A DNA stretch of 64,000 bases from Antedon mediterranea (Eukaryota; Animalia; Echinodermata), in the NCBI RefSeq assembly GCF_964355755.1, contig NC_092671.1:24130070-24194069 (forward strand). Direction: 5' to 3'. The notes beneath the pieces were generated by a model. The model was not told the origin of the DNA. It saw nothing but the letters and a program-made list of their open reading frames with translations, and did no database searches. The stretch's first letter is position 1. Each line of letters begins with the position of its first letter. The position numbers and the translations under genes were made by a program. Below are positions 1-12,629 of this stretch, piece after piece.

Positions 1-249
1 TCAGTCATTTTTTGGCTAATGGCCTAATTCATGCTCTAAATTGATCAAAACATAATTTTGAGCTTTTTTAATTGTTAATGCATGATTTCACTGCATGACA
101 TTGGGACGCATTTTTATTTGCTAATATTTAACCCTTTATGCACTGTTTTAGTTATATATATTTTTGTGTGGAGATTTGATGAACAATGTATAAAGTTAAT
201 ATTTTATGGAACTATGCTATGTTTGGTGTTTTAACTGTTTTAATATGGA

Positions 250-1800
250 GGGACCAATAGCGGAGAGGTGCGGCCATTGTTAACGTACAGCAGAGAATTT
301 CTCTAAGTAAACGTGACTTAAATACTATACATTCTTTTGCAACAGCCCCACATAGGTGGTACATTAACACTGCCATTTAATTCACATGCCTATATGTGAA
401 TGCGTGTTATTCCATAGGAATATCTGTAGATAAACCAACCAACTAAGAGCGAATGTAAAGTTCTTAACGGTTTTTCGGGAGTCGAGCATGACTTGTTTGT
501 CAGAAACATGGCTGATGGATAATGATTCAGTTGATCTTGACGAATACACATTGATTAGAATGGATAAAATGAAAATTCAGGTAAAAACAAAGGAGATGGT
601 GTGTGTGCTTATGTAAGTGAAAAATATTGCAAACCATCGCATATTACTGTAAGGAGTGAAGTATGTAATAAGGACATTGAATTGCTTGCGATTGATATGC
701 GCCCATATTACCTCCCAAGGGAGATACATTAAGTGAAGGTATTTGTGGTTTATATCCCACTATCAGCAGACATTAATATAGCAGCAAGCACAGTACTGTA
801 TGATCTCATTTCTGAAGGGGATTTCAAACAAACAACATTTCTGAATGCAAAAAGGAATATAAAAATAAAATTAAAAGGTCCTTCCGAAATCGTGACTCAT
901 CTAAGGTTTGGCAAGGTATGCAGAATATTACTGGTTATAAACCGAAGGCAAAGGGTGTTGTTGTTGACAATGAAAAGAAATATGCAAATTATTTAAATGC
1001 CTTCTGCAACAGATTTGATAAAGTTGAGGGAAACAACAAAACACGTTGGTGAACTACCAGTACACCCAGACAATTTTCAAATCACTGTGGAAAAAGTGAA
1101 CTTATTATTTAAAAACTTAACTTAAAAACTTAATATTAGTTTAAGACTCTTAAAATGTGTGCATATCAGTTGGCCATTCCTCTTTGTAAACTTTTTCAAT
1201 CCTCTGTAAATGACTCAATAGTTCCAATGTTGTGGAAAAAATCAATAATCATGCCCATTCCCCAAAAACCAAATCCCAAGGAAATTAATGACCTGTGGTC
1301 CTTACATGTGTACCAATTAAATTGTTAAAAGTAGGCTAGTTGCCTCAGTGGAGAATCTGCTAGATATAAATCAATTTGCATATTGTCCAAACAGGTGTGT
1401 TGAGGATGCAGTGCTTCTGCTCCTTAATAATGTTTCTGAAAAGGTTGCTTTTCGAGAATTTTTGTTGTTGATTTATCAAGTGTATTTAATAATATTTAAC
1501 CACATGTTCTGACTAACAAGCTTATCAATTATTATAATCACTGATTATAAAATGGTTACTTAATTGTTTAAAAGATAGATAAAGCACGTTAACTAAATTA
1601 CACGTTGTCCTCGTTTTTGAAAGTTAACACTGGTATTCCACAAGGTTGTGTGTTGTCACCTTTATTGTATACAATATACACTAATGATTGTAAGTCAAAT
1701 AATAAAAAAACTGATATTATTACGCAAATTAAACTCTTTTAAAATTGACCGTACTATTTTACAAATTTTTTATACTTCTATCTTAAAGAGTGTACTGTAC
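250..1800 (+). mobile_element. Heavily decayed non-LTR retrotransposon, Rex1/Babar-like
   Basis: Broken frames with APE motifs (SETWL, RPYYLPRE) and RT motif GIPQGCVLSPLLYTIYTNDC; many stops and frameshifts. Confidence 0.7.
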
Positions 1801-1931
1801 TATATATATACACTATATATAAACACATTAGGCAATGAACATTAATTCGAAACCGCCCGGTGATATACTGAAATTTAATTAATTAATTTGAAACGATAAA
1901 GATGAGGAAATCTGTGAGAATGAGAAAAAGT

Positions 1932-2003
1932 CGCCCCAACCGAGACTCGAACTCGGACCGCCTGCTTGATATGCAGATGTCCTAACCATTAGACCACTGG
2001 GGC
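1932..2003 (-). tRNA. tRNA-like cloverleaf with ATC anticodon (Asp-ATC; probably pseudo-tRNA or repeat-borne)
   Basis: GCCCCAG/TTGGGGC acceptor stem, D arm with A box, TCTGC/GCAGG anticodon stem, CCGAG-TTCGAGT-CTCGG T arm, TTTTT immediately downstream. Confidence 0.6.
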
Positions 2004-2751
2004 TTTCATGGTATTGTTCAAACTCGATTGGACAGTGACTCTCTAACATTTTCGGCGTGGTACGGCGGAACAGCACTAGTCCTCAGTTGTACGCACGCGC
2101 ACCAGAGATCAAATTGATACGCCCTCATCATTTTAATTTTAATTTCTTTTTAAACTTCTTTTTTAAAAAATAATATCAAATGCAAACATTCTGTTTGCTG
2201 CACTTCATCTGACGTTGAAAGAGAAAGGCATGCCAATTAACATTGGCATTGTGCACAGATGGCTTTATATTGTGTGGTACCCGCTTTGACAAAAACAACA
2301 CTGTTATACAAATAATTTTGAACTTTATACCATGACCCGTAGCATTTTCTTTTACGAAAAAAAGAAATTTAGGCAATGACAAAGCAGAAAGAAAATCAAA
2401 CATTAATAAAACTGTATTCAGAATTTAAAAAATCTATCCAACGATACAGTATTTGGTGAAATTGCATGTTGATCTTTTCCTTTATTGGTCACATGAATTG
2501 TTTTATTGCGCAATTACTATCTAACTATGAGTTTATTGATATGGGTGTAATGGAATAAAATGATCAGTATTACATTCCCTTTCCAATGATACCATGGATG
2601 ACCAACTTTAGTGTTGAAATACAAAATGGCGGCTGAAGGTGTGGTCGAAAAAATTGGCACCTAACTTTTTTGGATTCAGCATCTTTAGAAAAACAAAATG
2701 AAATCTATTTTGGCACAAATATCGAGCTGGAAAACATATTAACCCGTACTA

Positions 2752-2825
2752 ATCTAGAAAAGTCAGATATCTGACTTTTCTAGATCTAGAAAACTCCGAC
2801 ATATCCGAGATCTGAGTTTTCTAGA
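2752..2825. repeat. Perfect 34-bp palindrome plus adjacent imperfect hairpin
   Basis: atctagaaaagtcagat|atctgacttttctagat at 2752-2785, followed by tctagaaaactc...gagttttctaga. Confidence 0.85.
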
Positions 2826-3033
2826 CACCGTTATCAGACATATGGTATGGATGTGCTGTCTAGTCAACCCGAAAACAAAAACACTCATTTGTAAAAAAAT
2901 ATTTTTGATTTTTAAGTGACTTGACTTGTATAAAATTGTCTTTCACTTCCTTTCATAGTTTATTTGGTAAGTGTTTAACTTCAGCCATCTGTACTAGTCA
3001 CCTCCACTACATATTGAGGTACATTTATTCATA

Positions 3034-3382
3034 TTTTTATTTTATTTATTTTTTATTTTATTCAATCGAAACCAACAGCGATAATTACCGCCACTAACAG
3101 CTTTGATACAAACAAAGCCAGGACTGTTTAAAGCACCATGATTGGTCCTAACATTGATCAAGGGCTTCTCTCGTCCAGTGCCCACCTTGACCAGAGGTCT
3201 GAGGCAGATACTAGATGCAGGGGCTGCCGTAAAAGTCAGCAGTGCTGATTTCAAATGCCTAACAGGACCCCAGCTCCGTATACAGCACCCGCTATTCCCA
3301 GATGGTCTCCCATCCAAGCTCTAACCAGGCCCAACGTTGCTTAACTTCAGTGATCTGACGAGAACCGGTGTTTCAACGTGAT
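3034..3382 (-). mobile_element. 5S rRNA-derived SINE (SINE3-like); 5S head about 3281-3382, 5'-clipped
   Basis: Minus strand reads ...caccggttctcgtcagatcactgaagttaagcaacgttgggcctggttagagcttggatgggagacc..tgggaatagcgggtgctgta (5S with A/IE/C boxes), then a ~220-bp unique body and an (aataa)n tail. Confidence 0.85.
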
Positions 3383-5061
3383 AAAAACATACATACAGAA
3401 GGCAAACAGTGTACAATAAATTTGGAAAGCACAAACTAAAACAAGCTATAAACAAATGTTTAAAAGCGTTATAATAATAATGTAGGGATAGTAGTCTGTA
3501 ATTTCCAACAATTAGTCTTGCACAATACAAGGGAGCATCCAACAAATTCTTACAAATGTGGTTGCCATAAGGGGAAGCATATTACGAAACAGTTTAGAAA
3601 GTAGGCCATTACCAAACTTCATACAAAGACTCACGTACCCTTTCAATTCCAACACATTGAATATTGGTTAACGAGCTATGCCACAACAGACATGCATGAT
3701 GTGAACGGTCATTTGGCATCAACAGTGGATGATTGCTGCCACAATCTGCCATTGGTCTGGTCTAAACATTTGCAGCTAGGGCTTTCCACAACCTTTTGGA
3801 TCAAGTCAGTCAGGTTTCATGCTCAATCTCCTGGACTGATCCATGTGTACAAACGTCTTGCGTGATGTGGAAAGATCATGTTTCCAATATTGACTGTGAA
3901 TGATGTCTTCCATATTCTGTAGTTGCTTTAAGGCATTAACAATTTCTTCTCCAACTGGTGGCTCTCTTGAGCATGTTGTTGTTTATTTGATATAGGATTT
4001 TGTTCCATCTATTTGTACAGTGTTTCACAGTACTTCACATGCATATTTTTTGGTTATCCGCACTTTGCGGATCTTTTTTGCTTTTGTTTTTCTATCTTAC
4101 GTTTTTTTGTCCGCAGCGTAACAACTTTAATACTTGTCAACATAAGATTATATAACTTTGTCAGAGACTTGCACGTTAGAGTCACGTCACGTAAGTTACG
4201 CGCGATTTTATGACTTACGGGAATTTAACATAGGTTGATAACCATATACCAATTTAAATTGAAACTTAGCAAAGTGTAAATTTATTTCATGCGCTAACTA
4301 TCTGTGGAAGAAAAATGGCATGTTTACAGAAAGTTACACGCGCACACACGTTTTAAGCATTGTAGTGAATTTATAGTGTTGATTCCGATCATAACGTGTT
4401 CTCTTGCATATTTAATCCACGCGACGTACACCGACTGCCAAATGATTCCACATACAAAAAGTATATTCAACTAAAACTTTCATTTCTTGTAACTCAGTGT
4501 TAATACAATACAACTTTCTACCAGTCTAGACCTTTCTTCTCTATACTCTATACGTCTTTCCACTATAATATTATTTGCTCTTCTGTTAATATCTATACAA
4601 TTTACTACTTATACTCGACATGCAAATTAGTATGGGCGGCCATTAGGGCCAAAATAGACAAACTTTGCCGTACGAACAATTCCGCTCCCGTAAGGCAAAC
4701 TAATGGCGTTAAAGACATAATTCCTCGAGTGACAAACAAATATTGCCGTACGGACACACACACACACATTGCCATATGAACAAATTGCCGTATGGTTAAA
4801 TTGGCGTAAGGACAAAAATTGGCGTAAGGACAGAAATTGGCGTAAGGACAAAAATTGCCGTAAGGACAAAAATTGGCGTAAGGACAAAAATTGGCGTACA
4901 GTCTAACTAAATATAAACGTTGAGGGTAGCATAGTATTTTAAAACCACGTGACTGAAACCACTCTGTGTCCAGTCCTGCTGGGGATTAAAAACATAATCG
5001 ATCATTGAAGGCCTGTGTCAAGCTATGTCTTACTTATGGTTTTTATGGTATTAGAAAATAA

Positions 5062-5790
5062 ATATTTGTGAGAAAACGGCGGATTGCTCCTCGGAGTCAC
5101 TTTGATGGGATTATACTAGGGTACCTCTTTAGTCGTCCAGTATAGGCTAAGTTAGAGTAGGACCGCTGGTCCCATTTTTACTCGGAATTTATCTTTTAAA
5201 TCTGAGTGTAATAACTCAATTACGTTTTTTTATATATAGTGAAATTTGATACTGTATTTGTGAGAAAACGGCGGATTGCTCCTGGGAGTTACTTGGTGCA
5301 TGAATTAAAGAAAAGAATAATATTCCTTAATCCATGCTTGGTGGGATTATACTAGGGTACCTCCTTAGTCCAGTATAAGTTAGAGTGGAACTGCTGGTCC
5401 CGTTTACTCAGCATTTATCTTTTAAATCTGAGTCATGTAACTCAATTACGATTTTTTATATATAGTGGAATTTTATACTGTATTTGTGACAAAACGGCGG
5501 ATTGTTCCTGGGAGTCACTTGGTGGGATTATACTAGGGTACCTCCTTAGTCGTCCAGTAAAAGTTAGAGTATGACCACTGGTCCCGTTTACTCAGCCCTC
5601 ATCTTTTAAATCTGAGTGTAACTCAATTACGATTTATTAATATTATAGTGAAATTCGATACTGTATTTGTGAGAAAACGGCGGATTGCTCCTGGTAGTCA
5701 CTTAGTGGGATTATACTGGGGTACCTCCTTAGTCGTCCAGATGTTAGAGTAGGACCACTAGTCCCGTTTACTCAGCATTTATCTTTTAGA
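5062..5790. repeat. Tandem repeat, ~190-bp unit x ~4
   Basis: tatttgtgagaaaacggcggattgctcc recurs at ~5063, 5255, 5481, 5665. Confidence 0.9.
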
Positions 5791-5805
5791 TGAATATGAC
5801 TTGGA

Positions 5806-6306
5806 CAAGTATACCAACATGACTATAGTTGAGAACAGTGTTAAACGGTATCGTACATTAATGTTATTTGTTGTATTTTATTAAGTTTATCCTATTCTTT
5901 ATCACTGTGCTCAAGTATACCAAAATGACTATAGTTGAGAACAGTTTTAAACGGGATCGTACATTAATGTTATTTGTTGTATATTGTTAAGTTTATCCTA
6001 TTCTTTATCAATGTTCTCAAGTATACCAAAATGACTATAGTTGAGAACAGTGTTAAACGGGATCGTACATTAATGTTATTTGTTGTATATTGTTAAGTTT
6101 ATCCTATTCTTTATCAATGTTCTCAAGTATACCAAAATGACTACAGTTGAGAACAGTGTTAAACGGGATCGTACATTAATGTTATTTGTTGTATATTGTT
6201 AAGTTTATCCTATTCTTTATCAATGTTCTCAAGTATACCAAAATGACTACAGTTGAGAACAGTGTTAAACTACATCGTACATTAATGTTATTTGTTATAT
6301 TGTTAA
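5806..6306. repeat. Tandem repeat, 106-bp unit x ~4.7
   Basis: caagtatacc at 5806, 5912, 6018, 6124, 6230. Confidence 0.92.
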
Positions 6307-9300
6307 GTGTATTCTTTATTCTTAATAATTGTACTAAATTATTAAGAAAGAAACAGTAGTAAGCATAACATTTCCCCACTCCTACATTAGCATGGTAGGA
6401 CATTGTAATGGTCGCAGGTGGCTCAACTTTATTTATTACTGCAATAGGATGGACATGGTCCTACTACCACCTTACCATCCAATAGGATTCCAGTAAATTT
6501 CCTTTAGGGCCTACTACCATGTCAATCAGAATTCAGTAATTAAATGAATGAACCCCTCAAGTTAACAAGGAAATCAGCCTATCCGAATATACCAGTAGAC
6601 TTCGTCGTACAGTCGTACTGTGGTAATAGTTGAGAATTCTCAATAGTCAATTTGGTATATTTTATATACCTGGCAGGACTGGACACAGAGTGGTTTCAGT
6701 CACGTGGCTTTAAAATACCATGTGCCCTCAACGTTTAGATTTAGTTAGACTGTACGCCAATTTGTCCTTACGCCAATTTTTGTCCTTTCGGCAATTTTGT
6801 CCTTTCGGCAATTGTTGTCTTTACGGCAATTTTTGTCCTTACGCCAATTTGTGTCCTTACGCCAATTTTTGTCCTTACGCCAATTTAACCATACGGCAAT
6901 TTGTTCATATGGCAATGTGTTTGTGTGTCCGTACGGCAATATTTGTTTGTCACTCGAGGAATTATGTCTTTAACGCCATTAGTTTGCCTTACGGGAGCGG
7001 AATTGTTCGTTCGGCAACGTTTGTTTATTTTGGCCCTAATGGCCGCCCATAAATTAGGGGCTTCAGAGGAGGATAAAATGTTCCCTCCAAAGTTTCCCAC
7101 CAAAATTATACCATTATGATTGGCTTATAAATTTAGCAGACCTAGTCTAAAACATCCTTTATCTAACCAAAGGAAATCAGAAACATAACATTATGACCAG
7201 CATGTACAAATTTCCAGGTGCGTGCAATTTTTACGTGCGCTAAAAACATCCTTTTTTTGTTTTTGAAAATGATGTTTTTCCAGCTTTTTCTAGTAATTTC
7301 ACCAACTTTTAAACAATTTCGACTTATGACGTCATCGTATGGCCACTCGAATATAAACTTATCCGTATTTCAGTTTCCCTCATATTTTGATGCTGTCTAG
7401 GTCAATCAATTATCTTTTGCATGATTTACCATTTAAAAAATGTTTAATGACGTCATCATGATAAAAAGCGTGAAACACTTGGGTCACTTTTTTCATCATT
7501 ACAGTAAATTTCAATATGTTATAGCTCCTCAGAATGAAAGGTGATACTGATTAAAACATTTTCTGGAAGCTTTTGAATTGTAGATACGAATTTATGTACA
7601 AATTTTGCACATCGGATGTTGTGACGTCATCATATGGCCAGTTGAATTATAAAAGTTGAATTTCCATATTTTGCGTCACAGTTCATGACATTTAAAAGAG
7701 TGCGCATCCAAATTCTACGTATCCAAATTTCTTCAACACGTTAATATGTTCCGAAATTGCTATCTACGCGTTTCATTATGATGACGTCATCATGTTAAAA
7801 ATTGAAATAAAAGGCGGGTTCCGGTATTTCCACCTATTCTGCACTGTATGTAGTATTTATACAGTATATAGTGTATACTGTATATACTTAGACACAAAAT
7901 AGAGGGTAAAAAAACATTTGATTTTCTTCAGGTCACAATGGCATAATTGTTTTTCTGTGCGCAATATTCTACTGTATGACAGGCACATGGCGTTTGCACG
8001 GCGGATAACCTTACTCGTCCATAGTGACGAGTTCAAATCTAGTTGATTTTTCATTTCGTTTTCCCAGCTAACTATTGTGCTATTTTTTCGGTTATATAAA
8101 TCATGAATAATACCACCAAACACTTGCGAGTTAGGATGACTATAACGAGGCATTTAATAAAAAGGCAAATTGCCTTAAAATGTAAATGTGACGTGTTTCG
8201 AGAAACTATTCTCATCATCAGAACAGTAAACAACGCCTAGAGTACTTATATACCAATAGGACATATTGTATGTAAATAAGTAAGTAATTAGCATAATAAA
8301 ACAAGGAATGTAGGCAACAACCAATCATATGGCAAGTGTGACGCCTAAGTTATAGATTTGTTTGTTCAAGGAAGGTTTACTCCACGAGATGTGGAGGGCT
8401 TCCTTGACCTTAAGCTTGAAAGCGGAATCTGCAGAATCCAGAACGGTGAAGCAACCCGCATTAGCGAGGGCCTTACACCGTTCTGAATCCTGCATGTAAT
8501 TGGACCTGGGGAGCCGGGACGCCCTCTATACCAATGAGTATAACCAAGGAACACAAACACTTGAGTACGGGTACTTCTTTGTCTTTATTCCAAAGCGGTA
8601 AAACTGCAAACAAACATAATCGATACATAGTCTAGTCACAAACATCATGAATAAAATGATTAATGGATTTATATAGTAAATATGTCAGAATGGTGAAATA
8701 TTACATTCTCTACAAACAGAGATTATCAACTGTTTGCAAACTTCAATTTCTTACAATAAAGTTTAGCGTTACGCATAACACACTTCAGTTACATCAAAAC
8801 CTATGAACCATCGAATGTAAACATAATAACTGATTATTACAAATAAACTAACAGAGTGTGACTCAACATAATACGGATTCAATCTGAGGAAGCTTCGGGA
8901 AGCAAATCACTTGGATAACTTTAAAATGTCTAAAAAGAAACATATTATCACTAAATAATAACGTTGGTAAACACCGCTTTCAATCTCTAAACTAACTCAT
9001 AAATATTCATGACTAAGAAAAATCGGCGAGTGTAGGTCCTTTAGCAAAAGCTATAAATAACCAGAAACTAAGAAAACTATACGATTAAATTATAACCTTC
9101 TAGTGCTTAAAATATATATGGATAAACGCTAGTTGTATTTTAGGCTTAACATACGGCATACAGTGCTAACATATGGCATACAACGTTAACATAGGTGTAC
9201 ATTCTTCGTTAACGGGAAGCACGAAACAACGACGAGCCACACCTTGTCATCCTTGTGGTAACATGTTGGACCAAAGATCCATAAAATTCTTCTAATATAA

Positions 9301-9544
9301 TAAGTAACAGCTAACAAAATAACAACTATCAGATTCTAAGGTAAAAACATAACTACTATATATAGGTTCCGAAACTCACCAGAAAACATTAAAACGGTGA
9401 TAAACACAGGTAACTTTGCCTCTTAAAGATACATCTTTCAAAGATGACTAACTTGTTAAAAAAAATGTAACCTTGCGGTAGAGCTAACCTTAGTTTACCC
9501 CAGAGGGCGCTACGATCAATAAAACTCCTCAAACGGACAGCACA

Positions 9545-10735
9545 CTGCAGATGTTGAAAAATGTGAGAAGCCTTGTCCCTGAAATGTTCACACACCCGCA
9601 TTGATAACCGTCTATTGGTTTCACCAATATACATGGAATTACATCCCATACATTTAAATTTATATACAACACGAGAGCGGAACACATCAGAGACAGGGTC
9701 CTTAAGACTAAAAAAGTTTGAAATTTTGAATGATTTGAAAGCTAATTTAATATTAATACCTTTGCAATATTTACGTGTAATTTTGTCGATTCTTTGTTGT
9801 GCGCATTTGGCAAACTGTAAGGTAATTTAAAATAAAGAACCTGGTTTTGTTCAACAATCAACTCAACTGACGCAACATTGCAAGGAGAAAAAATATTACT
9901 AAGATATCTGTAAATATTGTCATTAATTAGACTGAGTGGAAAACCGTTTTTACTTAAAATGGTTTTAAGAGTTGAAATGTCATTGTTAAAGCTATGACCA
10001 GGAATTATTCAATTTGTAAACTCTGTCAATCAAAGTACGAACAAGCCCAATTTTGTAAGAAAAGGAAGTGAAACTGTTAAAATTAGTGAGGAGACCCGTG
10101 AAGGTAGGCTTTCTGAAGACCGAAGTTACGACAGAAGAACCATTATTGTTTAGCATTATATCTAAAAATGGAAGACAATGGTCAATCTCATATTCAACTG
10201 TGAACTTTGTGTTAGGGTGCTGATCGTTAATAAAGTCAAAGAAAGTATTTGCATCATCTTTTGTATTGCATAAACAAAAAATGTCATCAACATAACGACG
10301 GTAAAACATGACCGAAGCTTGTGAGAAGTTCTTTAACCATGTTTGTTCATGATGACCCACAAATAAATTGGCTAAAACAGGTGCAAGTGGGGATCCCATT
10401 GACACACCGTCTATTTGATCATAAATATCACCATTGAATATGAAATTGGTTTTTTCCGTAGCAAGTAAAAACAATTTGCGTAAATCGCTTTTGTTTAAGC
10501 TCATATTATAATTGACATCATTAGTGATATAGTCAACAGTAATGTCAATGCATTCAAACAGGGGGATGTTCGTGAACAAACTAACAACATCAAATGACAC
10601 CATACATTTGTGCGAAGTGTCAACATGTTGGATTTCCTTCACAAATGTGAATGAATCAGTCGCCACATATTGATTAGGTAATACCGGAAAGTAATTCGCA
10701 TACAAATTTTGCCAGATTATAATTGACAGCGCCAG
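9545..10735 (-). mobile_element. Penelope-like element fragment (RT plus GIY-YIG endonuclease), truncated and frameshifted
   Basis: ORF 9992..10705 with SFDVVSLFTNIP, DGVSMGSPLAP, RYVDDIF, LPFLD; downstream VVYKFKC..C...YIGET.R.L..R..EH. Confidence 0.92.
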
Positions 10736-11771
10736 TGATTTCGGTTATCATTTTCAATCTTTAAACTCCAGTCACCCATGTAGACTGTGATGTCTTTCTT
10801 ACAGTACAAAACTTGTCAAGAACATTCTTTAGTAGTTCGACATAAGTGATGTTGGATGTGCCTTAAGTGTGGTGAATATCACTGATTGAGTTGAGTAGCC
10901 CAACACAGACTGGGCTGTCCATCCACCACCTCGTAGAGGGTGTATTTTTCAATAAACCGATTATGGTTGGCATTGTGGTATTAAAGTTGATTAAATAAGT
11001 GATTGAGAGTTCCCATGAACATTTTTAAATGTAAAATATGTCTTTAAAAAGACATATTTTACTGATGCTTACAGGCATAATTTATGTTATATTGTGAACT
11101 TTTTTGAAATGGCGATGTCGACAGACTCGTCAAGTTCAAGTTATTTTTTTATGTTTTCACAAACAGGTATAAATACCAAATAAAAACAAAGACACTCACA
11201 CAGTACGCCATTACAGTATCATCGCATGTAAACGAGGAACTAGACCACTCAGCATCTTCTTATGCAATGTTACCCCAGCCCGCCCCACCCAAATTTTTAC
11301 AGATCTTGAAAGTACAGTAATGTTAAATCATAACTGTCATCGGAATAACAAAAATACTATAGTAATATACATAAATGTTTCAATTCAGATTATTTTTTCG
11401 CATGTTCAACATGATATTTTTCAACAGAACTGTTCATTATCATTTTAATGTTGTTATGCATACTTACACGTTTCAATTTCAGCCAAAATACAGCAGAAAA
11501 AACACAGTAGTATTTAACATGAAGAAATATACAAAGATGAAATTGTGTTTAATTGTATTTCAAGGTAAACCATTAAAGCGACAATGACTTAAAAATGGTT
11601 ACCTTTTTCCTTGTTTTTTTTTAATCATAAATCAGGAATGTCTTGAACACATGAAGTATACCTGAAATACTTTTCAGGTATGCACACACTATTTAGTTTT
11701 TATGTGTGACATATACATAATTTTGAATTCAAGTAAAAAATCTGCTTCCAATGATTTTGTTGAAAATATTG

Positions 11772-11948
11772 CTATGAGTTAAGTGCCATTTCTATTGCTC
11801 TTTGTAATGCCATAGGTGCCCAACGTCCCTGTTCGTTCACAAATATCACACCTCTTTCAATGTAAACCATTAGAGGTCCAAGGGAGTAAATCTGTTTTCC
11901 ATCAAATCGTCTTTGTGTTATACAAAACAGAAGTCCACATTCTTGTGC
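11772..11948 (-). CDS. TFIP11: TFIP11 terminal coding exon 14 (AQECGLLF...GKQIY..G...YIERGVIFV...stop)
   Basis: Matches TFIP11 C-terminal GKQ.Y.FG...YI.RGV.FV; TAG stop; summed exons 2382 nt = 793 aa + stop. Confidence 0.92.
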   Translation of the reverse strand, partial: AQECGLLFCITQRRFDGKQIYSLGPLMVYIERGVIFVNEQGRWAPMALQRAIEMALNS

Positions 11949-12017
11949 CTAAAAAAATAAATAATCAATTTTAATGATATATCTTGTTCTATCCATAGTT
12001 AAGCTTTCTACTTCTAA

Positions 12018-12228
12018 GGGCATTCCACAGCCAAAAATTAACCTATAAACTGCCTGTAGAAATGGGGTTTAACCTAGCCTTTTAACCTTTGACATGAAGG
12101 GCAAATTGTTGTGATTAGGCACTTGGTTGTTCGGTAATGACTAATCATACTCACTTTATTTTTTTATTGTCACCTAATTGGTTAAAAAAATTACCGATAA
12201 TTTTTGTTTTGGCTGCGGAAAAAGGGCC
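12018..12228. mobile_element. Small MITE, Harbinger/Tourist-like
   Basis: Imperfect TIRs ttccacagccaaaa / ttttggctgcggaa; TAA on both flanks. Confidence 0.45.
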
Positions 12229-12563
12229 TAAGCCATAGGGCTGATACTCACATCATTCACCATGGGAAATTCTAATGCCAACATTTTTAGGCTATTTTAG
12301 AATGGTGATTTTCTATAAAAGTTTTGTTTAAATTTGACAGTTTTCCATGTCTTTAAATGACAAAGAAAACTTTTACCATAAATTAGGTTAAAAAATGAAA
12401 TTTACCCAACAAATGATATTTTTCATTTTATTTTGTTTGTTTTAAGCGAAATCTTGTTTTATCAAAAAGTGAATATACATTGAATAAAACTATGATTTTA
12501 TTCAATTGTTTATACAGAAATTTACTGCTGTGGATCATAAAATGGTTTAAAGAAAAGTGTTAC

Positions 12564-12629
12564 TTTTTTTTCAACTAGATCTCTGAATGTTGTTGGAACT
12601 GCAATTCCAGAAAAACTTCCTCTTTCACT
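12564..12629 (-). CDS. TFIP11: TFIP11 coding exon 13 (SERGSFSGIAVPTTFRDLVEKK)
   Basis: VP..F.DL.E.K motif; long poly-T acceptor, gtaaca donor. Confidence 0.88.

Larger units (their letters stand above)
4631..7051. mobile_element. Non-autonomous IS3EU-like DNA transposon with ~350-bp TIRs and internal tandem arrays
   Basis: TATGG...CCATA termini, exact 6-bp TSD aattag on both sides, TIRs 4631-4980 and 6673-7051 with 20-bp subterminal repeats (tggcgtaaggacaaaaat). Confidence 0.8.
4050..8043 (+). mobile_element. Helentron/HINE-like non-autonomous element (gttatccgc family), interrupted copy
   Basis: 5' gttatccgc hairpin at ~4052; 3' gcggataac + actcgtc/gacgagt hairpin + ctagt at 8000-8043; body homologous to 34590-36123 and 36488-37510. 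Confidence 0.6.

Noticed and set aside
3281-3382. Functional 5S rRNA gene
   Set aside because: 5' end missing, no T-run terminator after the 5S part, continues into SINE body and tail
3640-4010. Possible exon or coding remnant on the minus strand
   Set aside because: Stops in all frames tried and no recognisable motif
4627-4887. ORF with repeated LSLRQF units (and mirror ORFs at 6720-7119)
   Set aside because: Translation of 20-bp subterminal iterons in the TIRs; no coding signal
5062-6306. Regular repeats as a CRISPR-like array
   Set aside because: Whole units are repeated with no unique spacers; eukaryotic context, no cas genes
8884-8906. ctgagga-agcttcgggaagc-aaa as a hammerhead
   Set aside because: Conserved G of GAAA missing and no stem I/III pairing found
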